Shown: positions 8,470-16,679 of the stretch, piece by piece | Position numbering within the stretch: the stretch's first letter is position 1 | Layout: every line of letters begins with the position of its first letter | DNA from: an uncultured Erysipelotrichaceae bacterium | Lineage (GTDB): Bacteria > Bacillota_I > Bacilli_A > Erysipelotrichales > Erysipelotrichaceae | DNA length: 32,000 bases | Assembly (NCBI GenBank): GCA_942492995.1 | Contig: OW818653.1 | Span: 480,001 to 512,000 of the forward strand | Direction of reading: 5' to 3' | The notes under the pieces: generated by a model | Told to the model about the DNA's origin: nothing | Seen by the model: only the letters and a program-made list of their open reading frames with translations | The model's database searches: none | Position numbers and translations under genes: made by a program

Positions 8470-9891
8470 ATGATTACATTCTTTGTAGCCTTAGTGATTT
8501 TAATAATTGGCTTTATGACGTATGGCAAACTCGTAGAAAAAGTTTTCAAACCAGATGATCGTCCAACACCTGCGACTGAACTAGCAGATGGTGTCGATTT
8601 CGTTGAAATGAAACCTTGGAGAATCTTCTTAATTCAATTACTGAATATCGCTGGTTTAGGTCCAATTTTTGGCGCAATTGCAGGGGCATTGTGGGGACCA
8701 GTTGTATTCTTGTGGATTGTGTTTGGGACAATCTTTGCGGGTGCTGTACATGACTTCTTGTCTGGTATGATTTCAATTCGTCATAGAGGCGCAAGTATTT
8801 CTGAAATCGTTGGTATCTACTTAGGTCCACAAATGAAGACAGTAATGCGTATCTTCTCAGTTGTTCTATTAGTGCTAGTTGGGACTGTATTTATGACTGG
8901 TCCTGCAGGTTTATTAGCTCGTTTAACTCCTGATTTTATGACACGTAATTTCTGGTTAGTTATTGTATTAGTTTATTACTTCTTAGCTACGATTCTTCCA
9001 ATAGATCAACTTATTGGTAAAATCTATCCATTATTTGGTGCTGCACTTATAATTATGGCACTTGGAATTGCTGGTGGTATGTTGTTTAGAGGTGTTCCTA
9101 TGATGGAATTAACATTGACTAATTTACATCCTAAAGAATTACCGATTTGGCCTTTAATGTTTATAACCGTTGCATGTGGTGCTATTTCTGGATTCCATGC
9201 GACTCAATCGCCAATGATGGCTCGTTGTATGACTTCTGAAAAAGACGGTCGTAAAATATTCTACGGTGCAATGGTTGCGGAAGGCGTTATTGCATTAATC
9301 TGGGCTGCAGCTGGTGTTTCATTCTATGGTTCAACAGGTGGTTTAGCTACAGCTTTAACTGAATACGGTGGTCAGGCTGGTGTTGTGTATGATATCGCAT
9401 TTAAACTTTTAGGTCCAGTTGGTGGTGTGCTTGCGATGATTGGGGTTATTGCATGTCCAATTACATCTGGAGATACAGCATTCCGTTCAGCTCGTTTAAC
9501 ATTAGCTGATTGGTTCAAGTTTGAACAAAAATCAATTTCAAAACGTTTATTATTAGCTTTACCATTATTAGGTGTTGGTGCATTACTAACATTAATCGAT
9601 TTCAATATCGTTTGGAGATACTTCTCTTGGTCTAACCAAACTTTAGCAATGATTGCTTTATGGGCTGGTGCAATGTACTTAGTCAAAGAAAAAGCAAATC
9701 ATTGGATCGCAACTGTACCAGCTACATTCATGAGTGCAGTTTCAATGACATATATTTTACAAGCTCCAGAAGGTTTCCAATTATCAACCGCTATTTCTTA
9801 TCCAATTGGTTTAGCATTTGCGGCAGGACTATTATTATTGTTCTTATTCAAAGCTGGAATAATTGGTACTCCAAAAGTAGAAACTGCTTAA
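8470..9891 (+). CDS. cstA: CstA-family transporter (carbon starvation protein A / pyruvate-peptide transporter family), short 473-aa form
   Basis: AGGAGG RBS. Polytopic protein with CstA-like blocks (WRIFLIQLLNIAGLGPIFGAI.GA.WGP, GAVHDF.SGM.S.RH.G.S, CGAISGFHATQSP). Confidence 0.9.
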   Translation: MITFFVALVILIIGFMTYGKLVEKVFKPDDRPTPATELADGVDFVEMKPWRIFLIQLLNIAGLGPIFGAIAGALWGPVVFLWIVFGTIFAGAVHDFLSGMISIRHRGASISEIVGIYLGPQMKTVMRIFSVVLLVLVGTVFMTGPAGLLARLTPDFMTRNFWLVIVLVYYFLATILPIDQLIGKIYPLFGAALIIMALGIAGGMLFRGVPMMELTLTNLHPKELPIWPLMFITVACGAISGFHATQSPMMARCMTSEKDGRKIFYGAMVAEGVIALIWAAAGVSFYGSTGGLATALTEYGGQAGVVYDIAFKLLGPVGGVLAMIGVIACPITSGDTAFRSARLTLADWFKFEQKSISKRLLLALPLLGVGALLTLIDFNIVWRYFSWSNQTLAMIALWAGAMYLVKEKANHWIATVPATFMSAVSMTYILQAPEGFQLSTAISYPIGLAFAAGLLLLFLFKAGIIGTPKVETA

Positions 9892-9917
9892 AAAATTATT
9901 ATTTAAGAAGTATAATT

Positions 9918-9943
9918 AGAAAGGTTGGAAACGACCTTTCTTT
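9918..9943 (+). terminator. Stem-loop downstream of cstA (weak terminator/attenuator)
   Basis: 8-bp stem AGAAAGGT (9918-9925) / ACCTTTCT (9934-9941) followed by only a short T tract. Confidence 0.4.
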
Positions 9944-9967
9944 AATGCATTAAAAAGGGAGATAAAA

Positions 9968-10987
9968 ATGACTTTAGATGAGATAAAAATTCAAGCAAAA
10001 GAGAATATGACAATTTGCAAAATGTGTCGTACTTGTAATGGTGAAACGTGTCGTGGATGGACACCTGGACCTGGTGGAAAAGGAACAGGAAGTAGTTTTG
10101 TTCGTAATGTATCAAAATTAAAAGATGTGACAATCAATATGAAATTAATCCGTGAAGATTATGAAGTTGATTCTACGTATGATTTCTTTGGTTTAGATTG
10201 TGCAGCACCTGTATTTGTTGCGCCAATCGCTAATGTAGTGATTAATTATGGGAGTAAGATTGATGAACTAACCTATTTAAACGCATTGACTGAAGGTGCG
10301 CGTAATGCGAATTTACCTGTATTTTTAGGCGATGGGGCAAATCGTGAAGCATTTGAAATGCCACTTAAGATTCATCAAGTAATGAATAGAAGTACAGTTA
10401 TGACAATTAAACCATGGACGATGGATTTGACCATGAAAAAGTTAGAAGAAGTTAAGCGTTGTGATCCAATCACTATCGCAATGGATATTGATGCGGCCGG
10501 ACTTATCTTACTAAAGAAACAAGGCGTTCCTGTTGCGTATAAAACCATTGAAGATCTTAAAAAGATTCGTGAATATATGAATGTTCCATTTATTGTGAAA
10601 GGGATTATGTGTGTTGAAGATGCACAATGCGCAATCGATGCGGGGGTTGATGCGATTGTAGTATCAAATCATGGGGGTAGAGTGTTAGATGATTCCACCG
10701 CTACAATCGAAGTCCTAGAAGAAATCGCAACATTTGTGAATAAACGTTGTAAAGTATTTGTGGATGGTGGGTTCAGAAGTGGAGCTGATATTTACAAAGC
10801 TTTAGCACTTGGTGCAGATGCGGTATTAGTTGGTCGTCCATTTAGTCATATGGCAATTGGAGGTCAAGCTGAAGGCGTTCAATTGTATGCTGAAAAGCTT
10901 ATTGGAGAATTAAAAGAATGTATGCGTATGACTTCATGTAAAACAGTGAGTGATATAAAACGCTCAAATGTTAAAGTTCATTTCTAA
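9968..10987 (+). CDS. FMN-dependent alpha-hydroxy-acid oxidase/dehydrogenase family protein with an N-terminal Cys4 motif
   Basis: TIM-barrel signatures of the glycolate/lactate oxidase family (VKGI, VSNHGGR, DGGFRSGADI.KALALGA..V.VGRP). The N-terminus carries CKMCRTCNGETC (nt 10016-10051) instead of the usual N-terminal segment. Confidence 0.85.
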   Translation: MTLDEIKIQAKENMTICKMCRTCNGETCRGWTPGPGGKGTGSSFVRNVSKLKDVTINMKLIREDYEVDSTYDFFGLDCAAPVFVAPIANVVINYGSKIDELTYLNALTEGARNANLPVFLGDGANREAFEMPLKIHQVMNRSTVMTIKPWTMDLTMKKLEEVKRCDPITIAMDIDAAGLILLKKQGVPVAYKTIEDLKKIREYMNVPFIVKGIMCVEDAQCAIDAGVDAIVVSNHGGRVLDDSTATIEVLEEIATFVNKRCKVFVDGGFRSGADIYKALALGADAVLVGRPFSHMAIGGQAEGVQLYAEKLIGELKECMRMTSCKTVSDIKRSNVKVHF

Positions 10988-10994
10988 GATAAAC

Positions 10995-11022
10995 AAACCA
11001 CATTAAGAATAATGTGGTTTTT
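10995..11022. terminator. Bidirectional intrinsic terminator between the FMN enzyme gene and the convergent photolyase gene
   Basis: Perfect 10-bp stem AAACCACATT (10995-11004) / AATGTGGTTT (11011-11020), 6-nt loop, with T-runs on both strands. Confidence 0.75.
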
Positions 11023-12301
11023 ATAACTTTATTTTTGTTTTCTTCAAAGTCCCATCTTTTCCCATTGCACGAATCAATCCAATGACGGGTCGATCAAACC
11101 AAGGACGATCATGAACTGCCGCAACAGACCACATAATGCCGGTATATCCATTTGGATCGCGTCCATCTAACATATATTTATCGTTAAGATGGATGAGTAT
11201 CTGTATCGCTTCTTCTGGTGATGATGTCCAATAGAGTACCATTTTAGCCCAATACATTCTTAAATAAGAGTGCAAATAACCATCGTTCACAACACGTTTT
11301 TGACACATATTCCAAACATCATCATGGGTTAATGCGTTTTCGAATTTTTCTAAAGTATATAAATAATCACGTATATCATTCCTGTGATTGTTCAATGATT
11401 GTCTTGCCCATTGCCATGCGCCATTTAATGAATCATATTCTTTACAATAATGACAATAATTCTCAGCTAACTCACGTCGAACTAGTGCTTCCTCTACAAA
11501 TAATGGGGCGTTTATATGATTTGTATGTTCAACATCACGAATCATTTTTAAAGGTGATAACATCCCAAAGTGTAAATAGGCGGATAGATAGGATTGACCT
11601 TTTCCATTAAACTCGTTACGAATATGATAATTATCTAATCCATTTTTAATAAAATGATTTAGTTGATTGTTTGCTGCATCTTCACCTGGAATAAGCTTTG
11701 ATAAAGACAGTTCATCAAGATTATGATCAATAAAGAGTTGATTGAACTGCTCGATATCAAATCGTTTAGATTCCAATGTTTGTGTATGAGCTAAGACAGG
11801 ATATGTTTGATCAAGATAAGGTTTATATATTGAAAGTAGCTTAGGTCTTATCGTTTTAGCCGCATATTCGAGTTTTGGACTTGCTTTAGTGACAGGTATG
11901 ACACAAGCGGTATTTATTGTATAAAACGATATTTTATTGGTGAAACAATAATCGGATACACGAACATGATTGTAAAGTATTGGTTTAAGAACTTGATGTT
12001 CAGTATAAATAACCGATATATCATACGTTTCTCTTAATTCTGAGAGTGAATCCAAGATATCACCTTGTTTGAAAATCAATGGGATATTAAGTTGATTTAA
12101 CTTATCACTCATTTCAAGAAGTCCACTTAATAGAAAATGCATGTTTCGTTTGTTCGCATACGGGAAATTAGGGTAATAGTTAAACAAACAAATTAATTGT
12201 TGATTATTGTTTATCGCATATTGAGATGCGGCAAATAACGCTTGATTATCATTTACTCGAATTGCGCGTGAAACCCAATATAATACAGTTTGTTTCTTCA
12301 T
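11021..12301 (-). CDS. Deoxyribodipyrimidine (CPD) photolyase, class II-like
   Basis: 426 aa. N-terminal VLYWVSRAIRVNDNQAL. C-terminal blocks THDDVWN..Q......G.LHSYLRMYWAK..L.WT.SPEEA.......NDKY.LDGRDPNGY.G..WS....HDRPW match my memory of class II photolyases. Confidence 0.85.
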   Translation of the reverse strand: MKKQTVLYWVSRAIRVNDNQALFAASQYAINNNQQLICLFNYYPNFPYANKRNMHFLLSGLLEMSDKLNQLNIPLIFKQGDILDSLSELRETYDISVIYTEHQVLKPILYNHVRVSDYCFTNKISFYTINTACVIPVTKASPKLEYAAKTIRPKLLSIYKPYLDQTYPVLAHTQTLESKRFDIEQFNQLFIDHNLDELSLSKLIPGEDAANNQLNHFIKNGLDNYHIRNEFNGKGQSYLSAYLHFGMLSPLKMIRDVEHTNHINAPLFVEEALVRRELAENYCHYCKEYDSLNGAWQWARQSLNNHRNDIRDYLYTLEKFENALTHDDVWNMCQKRVVNDGYLHSYLRMYWAKMVLYWTSSPEEAIQILIHLNDKYMLDGRDPNGYTGIMWSVAAVHDRPWFDRPVIGLIRAMGKDGTLKKTKIKL

Positions 12302-12307
12302 ATTCTC

Positions 12308-12316
12308 ATTATACCA
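12308..12316 (-). promoter_or_regulatory. Extended -10 element (TGGTATAAT) only 6 nt upstream of the photolyase ATG; possible leaderless mRNA
   Basis: The minus strand reads AGTTTGGTATAATGAGAATATG. There is no SD at canonical spacing. Confidence 0.35.
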
Positions 12317-12329
12317 AACTCTTCTTTAC

Positions 12330-12358
12330 TTGATTAAAGTAATGAATTAAATTAAACT
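12330..12358 (+). promoter_or_regulatory. Candidate promoter for yerC-like gene
   Basis: TTGATT (12330-12335), 17-nt spacer, TAAACT (12353-12358). RBS GGAGA at 12369-12373. Confidence 0.3.
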
Positions 12359-12378
12359 TTATTTATTGGAGAATTACG

Positions 12379-12654
12379 ATGGAAAATAAGAGACAATATG
12401 CCCGATTATTCGATGCGATTCTTAGTTTAAAGTCAGAGAAAGAATGTGCTGAATTCTTTGAGGACTTATGTACCATTAAAGAATTAAACGATATGCGCGA
12501 TCGCTTAGATGTTGCGCAACATTTAATTGATGGGGAAACATATGAAACGATTGGTAAAAAAACTAAAATGAGTAGTGCAACCATTTCACGTGTTAATCGT
12601 TGTATACAATATGGAACAGGTGGATATCGTAAGATTCTAGGAAGAATTAAATAA
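12379..12654 (+). CDS. yerC: YerC/YecD-family TrpR-like DNA-binding protein
   Basis: 91 aa. ..LF.AIL.L...EE...FF.DLCT..EL..M..R..VA..L..G.TY..I...T..S.ATISRVNR.. is the typical YerC/YecD (Trp repressor-like) pattern. Confidence 0.85.
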   Translation: MENKRQYARLFDAILSLKSEKECAEFFEDLCTIKELNDMRDRLDVAQHLIDGETYETIGKKTKMSSATISRVNRCIQYGTGGYRKILGRIK

Positions 12655-12666
12655 TTTTTTTGAAAG

Positions 12667-12709
12667 TATTACTTTAACGCTTTACAATGGTAAAGTAATA
12701 AAGTATAAT
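12667..12709 (+). promoter_or_regulatory. Promoter of the amino-acid ABC operon overlapped by a perfect 10-bp inverted repeat (candidate operator)
   Basis: TTTACA (12681-12686), 17-nt spacer, TATAAT (12704-12709). Inverted-repeat arms TATTACTTTA (12667-12676) and TAAAGTAATA (12691-12700) bracket the -35 and spacer. Confidence 0.45.
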
Positions 12710-12735
12710 CGATTTTGTAATACAGGAGAACAAAC

Positions 12736-13518
12736 ATGAAAAAGTTAATATTCATTCTATTGAGTTTAATGTTAGTTGGGTGTCAAGCTAAGGAAGTAGA
12801 AGTTGTAGATAACAGTTTAAATGATATTGTGGAAGAAGGTAAAATGGTTGTTGGGTTTACTGAATATCCACCAATGGGATTCAAAGAAAACGGTGAAGTA
12901 ACTGGTTTTGATATTGATATCGCAAAAGAAGTAGGCGAACGATTGGGTGTAGAGATTGAATTTGTCTACATTGATTGGGATGCGAAAGTATTAGAGCTAG
13001 ATGCTGGTAATATCGATATGATTTGGAATGGATTAACGATCACTGAAGATCGTGAGAAAGAAATACTGTTCTCAAAACCATATTTTAACAATCGTATCGT
13101 AATTCTTACACTAAGTGATTCACCAATTAATTCCATTGCGGATTTAGCGGATAAAAATGTAGGTGTTGAATTACAAAGTTCAGGTCAAATCGCATTAGAA
13201 GAAAGTGCTGGTTTTACTTCATTAAAAGAAATGGTTAAGTACACAACAATTACTGAAGCAGTATTAGATCTAAAAGCAGGTGGTATCGATGCGATTGTCG
13301 CAGATGAAATATTCGCACGTTATGCAGTATCCAAAGAAGCGGATGCATATAAAATACCGGATGATGTATTTGGATCAGAAAACTATGGAATTGGATTTAG
13401 ACTTGAGGATGTTGCGCTAAGAGATAAAATCGACGAAATCATTGATGATATGGCAGAAGATGGGACTGCATTAGAAATTTCATTAAAATGGTTTGGTGAA
13501 GATTTACTCTTACGTTAA
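12736..13518 (+). CDS. Polar amino-acid ABC transporter substrate-binding lipoprotein (SBP family 3)
   Basis: Signal peptide with lipobox LVGC. Family-3 SBP blocks (GFDIDIAKE, IDMIWNGLTIT.ER, FS.PY). Confidence 0.9.
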   Translation: MKKLIFILLSLMLVGCQAKEVEVVDNSLNDIVEEGKMVVGFTEYPPMGFKENGEVTGFDIDIAKEVGERLGVEIEFVYIDWDAKVLELDAGNIDMIWNGLTITEDREKEILFSKPYFNNRIVILTLSDSPINSIADLADKNVGVELQSSGQIALEESAGFTSLKEMVKYTTITEAVLDLKAGGIDAIVADEIFARYAVSKEADAYKIPDDVFGSENYGIGFRLEDVALRDKIDEIIDDMAEDGTALEISLKWFGEDLLLR

Positions 13519-14162
13519 TGATTAATTATTGGCTACAGATCCTTCCAACAATATTGGAAGGATTTAAAGTTTCTCTTTTAGTATATGTACTAACCATGAT
13601 TTTCGCCTTACCCATAGGTATGATTATTGGATTAATATCAGATCTTTATAAACCATCACAGAAATTCATTAGTATATTTACTTGGATTGTAAGAGGTACA
13701 CCATTACTATTACAACTTTACATAACGATGTATGCAGTACCATTACTCATACCGATTAGAATGAATCGATTGGCTGCAGGTGCAGTAACATTTATTATTA
13801 ATTACGCAGCGTATTTTGCGGAGATATTTAGAAGTGGATTAGCTATTATTCCAGTTGGACAATGGCAAGCTGCAGAGGTGTTGGGATTAAAGAAAAGTGA
13901 AACAATCCGGTATATAATTTTACCGCAGATGTATCGTAATACATTATTACCACTTATCAATGAAGCAATCACATTGGTAAAAGATACTTCACTGCTTGCG
14001 GCAATTGCGTTAGGTGAAATGTTAAGAAATGCGAAGGAAGTAGTGACAAATGACTTTAGAATTGATGCTTTAGTAATCGCAGGATTAATTTACTTAATGT
14101 TTAGTTTAGGTGTAGTACAAGTTGGTAAAAAACTTGAATTAAAATATTTGAAAAGGAGATAA
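13518..14162 (+). CDS. Polar amino-acid ABC transporter permease
   Basis: TAATG overlap with the SBP gene. 214-aa polytopic protein with an EAA-like loop (AAEVLGLKKSETIRYIILPQ). Confidence 0.9.
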   Translation: MINYWLQILPTILEGFKVSLLVYVLTMIFALPIGMIIGLISDLYKPSQKFISIFTWIVRGTPLLLQLYITMYAVPLLIPIRMNRLAAGAVTFIINYAAYFAEIFRSGLAIIPVGQWQAAEVLGLKKSETIRYIILPQMYRNTLLPLINEAITLVKDTSLLAAIALGEMLRNAKEVVTNDFRIDALVIAGLIYLMFSLGVVQVGKKLELKYLKRR

Positions 14163-14164
14163 GC

Positions 14165-14845
14165 ATGATAAAGATAGAACAATTGAATTATGCTTATACG
14201 AATGTATCAGTCCTTAAGAATGTGTCATTTGAAATAAAAGAGAACGAGATTGTTGGTTTGTTAGGATTAAGTGGAAGTGGTAAAACAACGCTATTAAAAA
14301 TATTAAGTGGATTATTACAACCTAATAGTGGAAGTTATACGATTGAAGGCTTAAAAGCATATGAAAAAGGGAAACGGAATCCTACACTAGTCAATGAATT
14401 AGGGGTAGTGTTTCAGGATTATAATCTTTTCATGCATTTAACGGTAATCGAGAATTTGATCTTACCGTATCGATTACGTTTTAAAAAGACTAAAGAAGAA
14501 TCGTATCAAGTTGCGAAGGAGTTTTTAACACAACTCGGATTAGAAGAACACTTAAATAAGTATCCAAATGAATGTTCGGGTGGTCAACAACAACGTATTG
14601 CGATAGCACGAGCATTAATTTTAAACCCAAGAGTTCTACTGATAGATGAACCAACAGCTGCACTTGATCAAGAAAATACATTAATTGTCTCTGAGTTATT
14701 AAAAACACTTAATAAAAAAGGGTTAACCGTTGTTGTAATCACACACGATTTACCCTTTGCTCAAACATTATGTCAACGTGTAATAGAACTTAAACAAGGC
14801 GAGATTATACAAGATATTGATGCACAATTATACTTCAAAGCTTAA
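14165..14845 (+). CDS. Polar amino-acid ABC transporter ATP-binding protein
   Basis: Walker A GLSGSGKTT, signature CSGGQQQRIAIARAL, Walker B LLIDEPT. Confidence 0.9.
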   Translation: MIKIEQLNYAYTNVSVLKNVSFEIKENEIVGLLGLSGSGKTTLLKILSGLLQPNSGSYTIEGLKAYEKGKRNPTLVNELGVVFQDYNLFMHLTVIENLILPYRLRFKKTKEESYQVAKEFLTQLGLEEHLNKYPNECSGGQQQRIAIARALILNPRVLLIDEPTAALDQENTLIVSELLKTLNKKGLTVVVITHDLPFAQTLCQRVIELKQGEIIQDIDAQLYFKA

Positions 14846-16679
14846 TATTTGACTGGGCGAATTCGCTCAGTTTTTTTGCGTCAATTCGATCATCTTGTTT
14901 ATCATAGAGATAGGTTGAACCATGATAAACTTTTGTTTTAAAGTAACTCGCATTTGGAAATTCTTCTTTATTTGCCCATAAATAAGGTGTTTGCATGTAA
15001 CCATATTTAAATATGTCATATAGACCTTGTGCGGTATAAGGGTCATCAATATTTGTATCAATTGAATTAAGTAGAATACTTACTTCATGTATTAGTTCAT
15101 TCGTTTTTTCATCGATTTCATTTTCAAATTGAACTAAGAATTCTGGATGTGTATCTTTGTACTTACGATAGTAGTCTAATGCGCTTAAAGTAATCTGTAT
15201 ACTTTCATTTATTATTTTTGGTGTTGCTAGATACAATGCCTCACTATAACTTACGACATGAATGATTTCTGGACTATTTACTTTCATAGGTTCAATATCG
15301 TCCATTAACATTGATACATGTGCTAATTGAATTTTTGCCTTATCAATATCTGGCGCAAAATAATCTAAACCTGCTCTTGGCTGTAAAATAACATTAAAGT
15401 TTGAATTGATTAATGGATTAATCAGTTTAAGTATTGCGCGTGCTTTTGCGATATCGACAATACCCCACGTATATCTCGGAGTATTTAACATAACTTGTAG
15501 AATAAAATCGTTTATTCCATATTTCTTAGCTGTACGTGCTGCAAGTACTGCAGATAATACATATGTCACATCATCACTTCCTCGAAACGCAAAATGATGC
15601 GGAATATTTGGTTCAAATGGTTTATTGGTTTGTGCAATATAGTTCAATGTTTCAATATGTTCTTGTAAATTCGTTAAGAGTGAATTTGGTCCTCTACCAT
15701 CGAGTTGATTAAACCACCAGAAAGATAAAGCATGCCATGCGATGTTAATGCTTTCTTCATGAATGTGAGCTAAGTAAGGTACATTTTTAGTCCCAGAATA
15801 CGTACGTAGTAGAAGAGGGCGTGAAGCTTGATAAATACGCTTGTATTCTTCTTTTGTTTGAATTGGTACACCACCACCATTGGTTAACCCAGTCCAATCT
15901 TCGTTAAAGTTGGATTGTGTTAATTGTGAAGAACCAATCGATACAATATCTAAATAATCTGTCTCAGCAAGTTCTTTACACCAACTTTCAAATAAACGAA
16001 CAGCTTCTTCACGATCAGATAAATAAGGACCAACATGAACCCGAGTTAAAGGTAAATCACTTGTTAAATAGTGATTCTTTAATCGTAGGATTAAATGGTC
16101 TTTATGTGTCCCGAATTCCTTATATCTATTATTTTTAATTGGTTTAAACGATGCATACGTATCCGATTGAATAAACACTGTCGCAAGATTATTTAACTGA
16201 TTATCGTAATTTGAACCTTCAAGTAGAACTTTTGGGATTTCACTATCCTCTAGCCCCATAATAGATAACGTTTCTTGTACACTTTCTGAACCAATAAAGC
16301 ATTTAATCAATGGTCCATACTCTTCTTGGATTAATTGACAACTTTCGGGTAAGCCTGCGAAAAATATTCTTTCGATTAAACCACCATTGTCTTCCATAAG
16401 ATTATGTTCACGAATTGTTAACATCAAATCGCGCATAATATAACATGCGTCCATTGGATCTAATCGATAAGAAATGCCTAAATGTGTAATCCTATTATCT
16501 TTTATCCATTTAGCAATTATATCTTGATTTTCTATTTGTTTAATTTCACGTAAAGCGACTTCGATTGAGTAATCACCAACACATACATTCTGTTTACATT
16601 CCTCAAGTTGTCCTCTAATCGAATTAATGCCCAATGTATGAGCATCCAATGACGATTTAATAAGACCATAATTTTTCAT
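14835..16679 (-). CDS. Uncharacterised 614-aa protein: N-terminal B12-binding-like (DxHxxG) domain + large C-terminal, probably barrel-type, domain; candidate mutase-like enzyme
   Basis: Long intact ORF translationally coupled (TAATG) to the upstream opine-DH gene. Residues 12-17 are DAHTLG (nt 16629-16646), followed by spacing resembling the small subunit of glutamate mutase (..HLGISY.. and ..IFFAGLP). There is no CxxxCxxC radical-SAM motif. The function call is inference only. Confidence 0.6.
   Translation of the reverse strand: MKNYGLIKSSLDAHTLGINSIRGQLEECKQNVCVGDYSIEVALREIKQIENQDIIAKWIKDNRITHLGISYRLDPMDACYIMRDLMLTIREHNLMEDNGGLIERIFFAGLPESCQLIQEEYGPLIKCFIGSESVQETLSIMGLEDSEIPKVLLEGSNYDNQLNNLATVFIQSDTYASFKPIKNNRYKEFGTHKDHLILRLKNHYLTSDLPLTRVHVGPYLSDREEAVRLFESWCKELAETDYLDIVSIGSSQLTQSNFNEDWTGLTNGGGVPIQTKEEYKRIYQASRPLLLRTYSGTKNVPYLAHIHEESINIAWHALSFWWFNQLDGRGPNSLLTNLQEHIETLNYIAQTNKPFEPNIPHHFAFRGSDDVTYVLSAVLAARTAKKYGINDFILQVMLNTPRYTWGIVDIAKARAILKLINPLINSNFNVILQPRAGLDYFAPDIDKAKIQLAHVSMLMDDIEPMKVNSPEIIHVVSYSEALYLATPKIINESIQITLSALDYYRKYKDTHPEFLVQFENEIDEKTNELIHEVSILLNSIDTNIDDPYTAQGLYDIFKYGYMQTPYLWANKEEFPNASYFKTKVYHGSTYLYDKQDDRIDAKKLSEFAQSNIKL
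14852..14877 (+). terminator. Intrinsic terminator of the ABC operon, embedded in the 3' coding end of the convergent 614-aa gene
   Basis: Stem ACTGGGCG (14852-14859) / CGCTCAGT (14864-14871) with an AATT loop, then T7 (14871-14877). Confidence 0.65.

Noticed and set aside
8346-8549. A 67-aa minus-strand ORF spanning the lytT-cstA intergenic region, and the 97-aa + ORF 9660-9953 and 63-aa - ORF 9942-10133 around the cstA / FMN-enzyme junction.
   Set aside because: They run through the terminator hairpin, promoter and RBS elements and overlap the ends of real genes. None has an SD or a recognisable domain.
12655-12735. T-box or amino-acid riboswitch leaders upstream of the amino-acid ABC operon, and likewise upstream of asnA (25105-25163).
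   Set aside because: The leaders are only about 80 and 60 nt, far too short for a T-box or the known amino-acid riboswitches. I saw no specifier-loop or antiterminator architecture.
14835-16679. Possibility that the 614-aa B12-like protein is a class B (cobalamin-dependent) radical-SAM enzyme.
   Set aside because: No CxxxCxxC or similar three-Cys cluster occurs anywhere in the protein. The few Cys residues are scattered (C-x5-C at residues 28/34 only).
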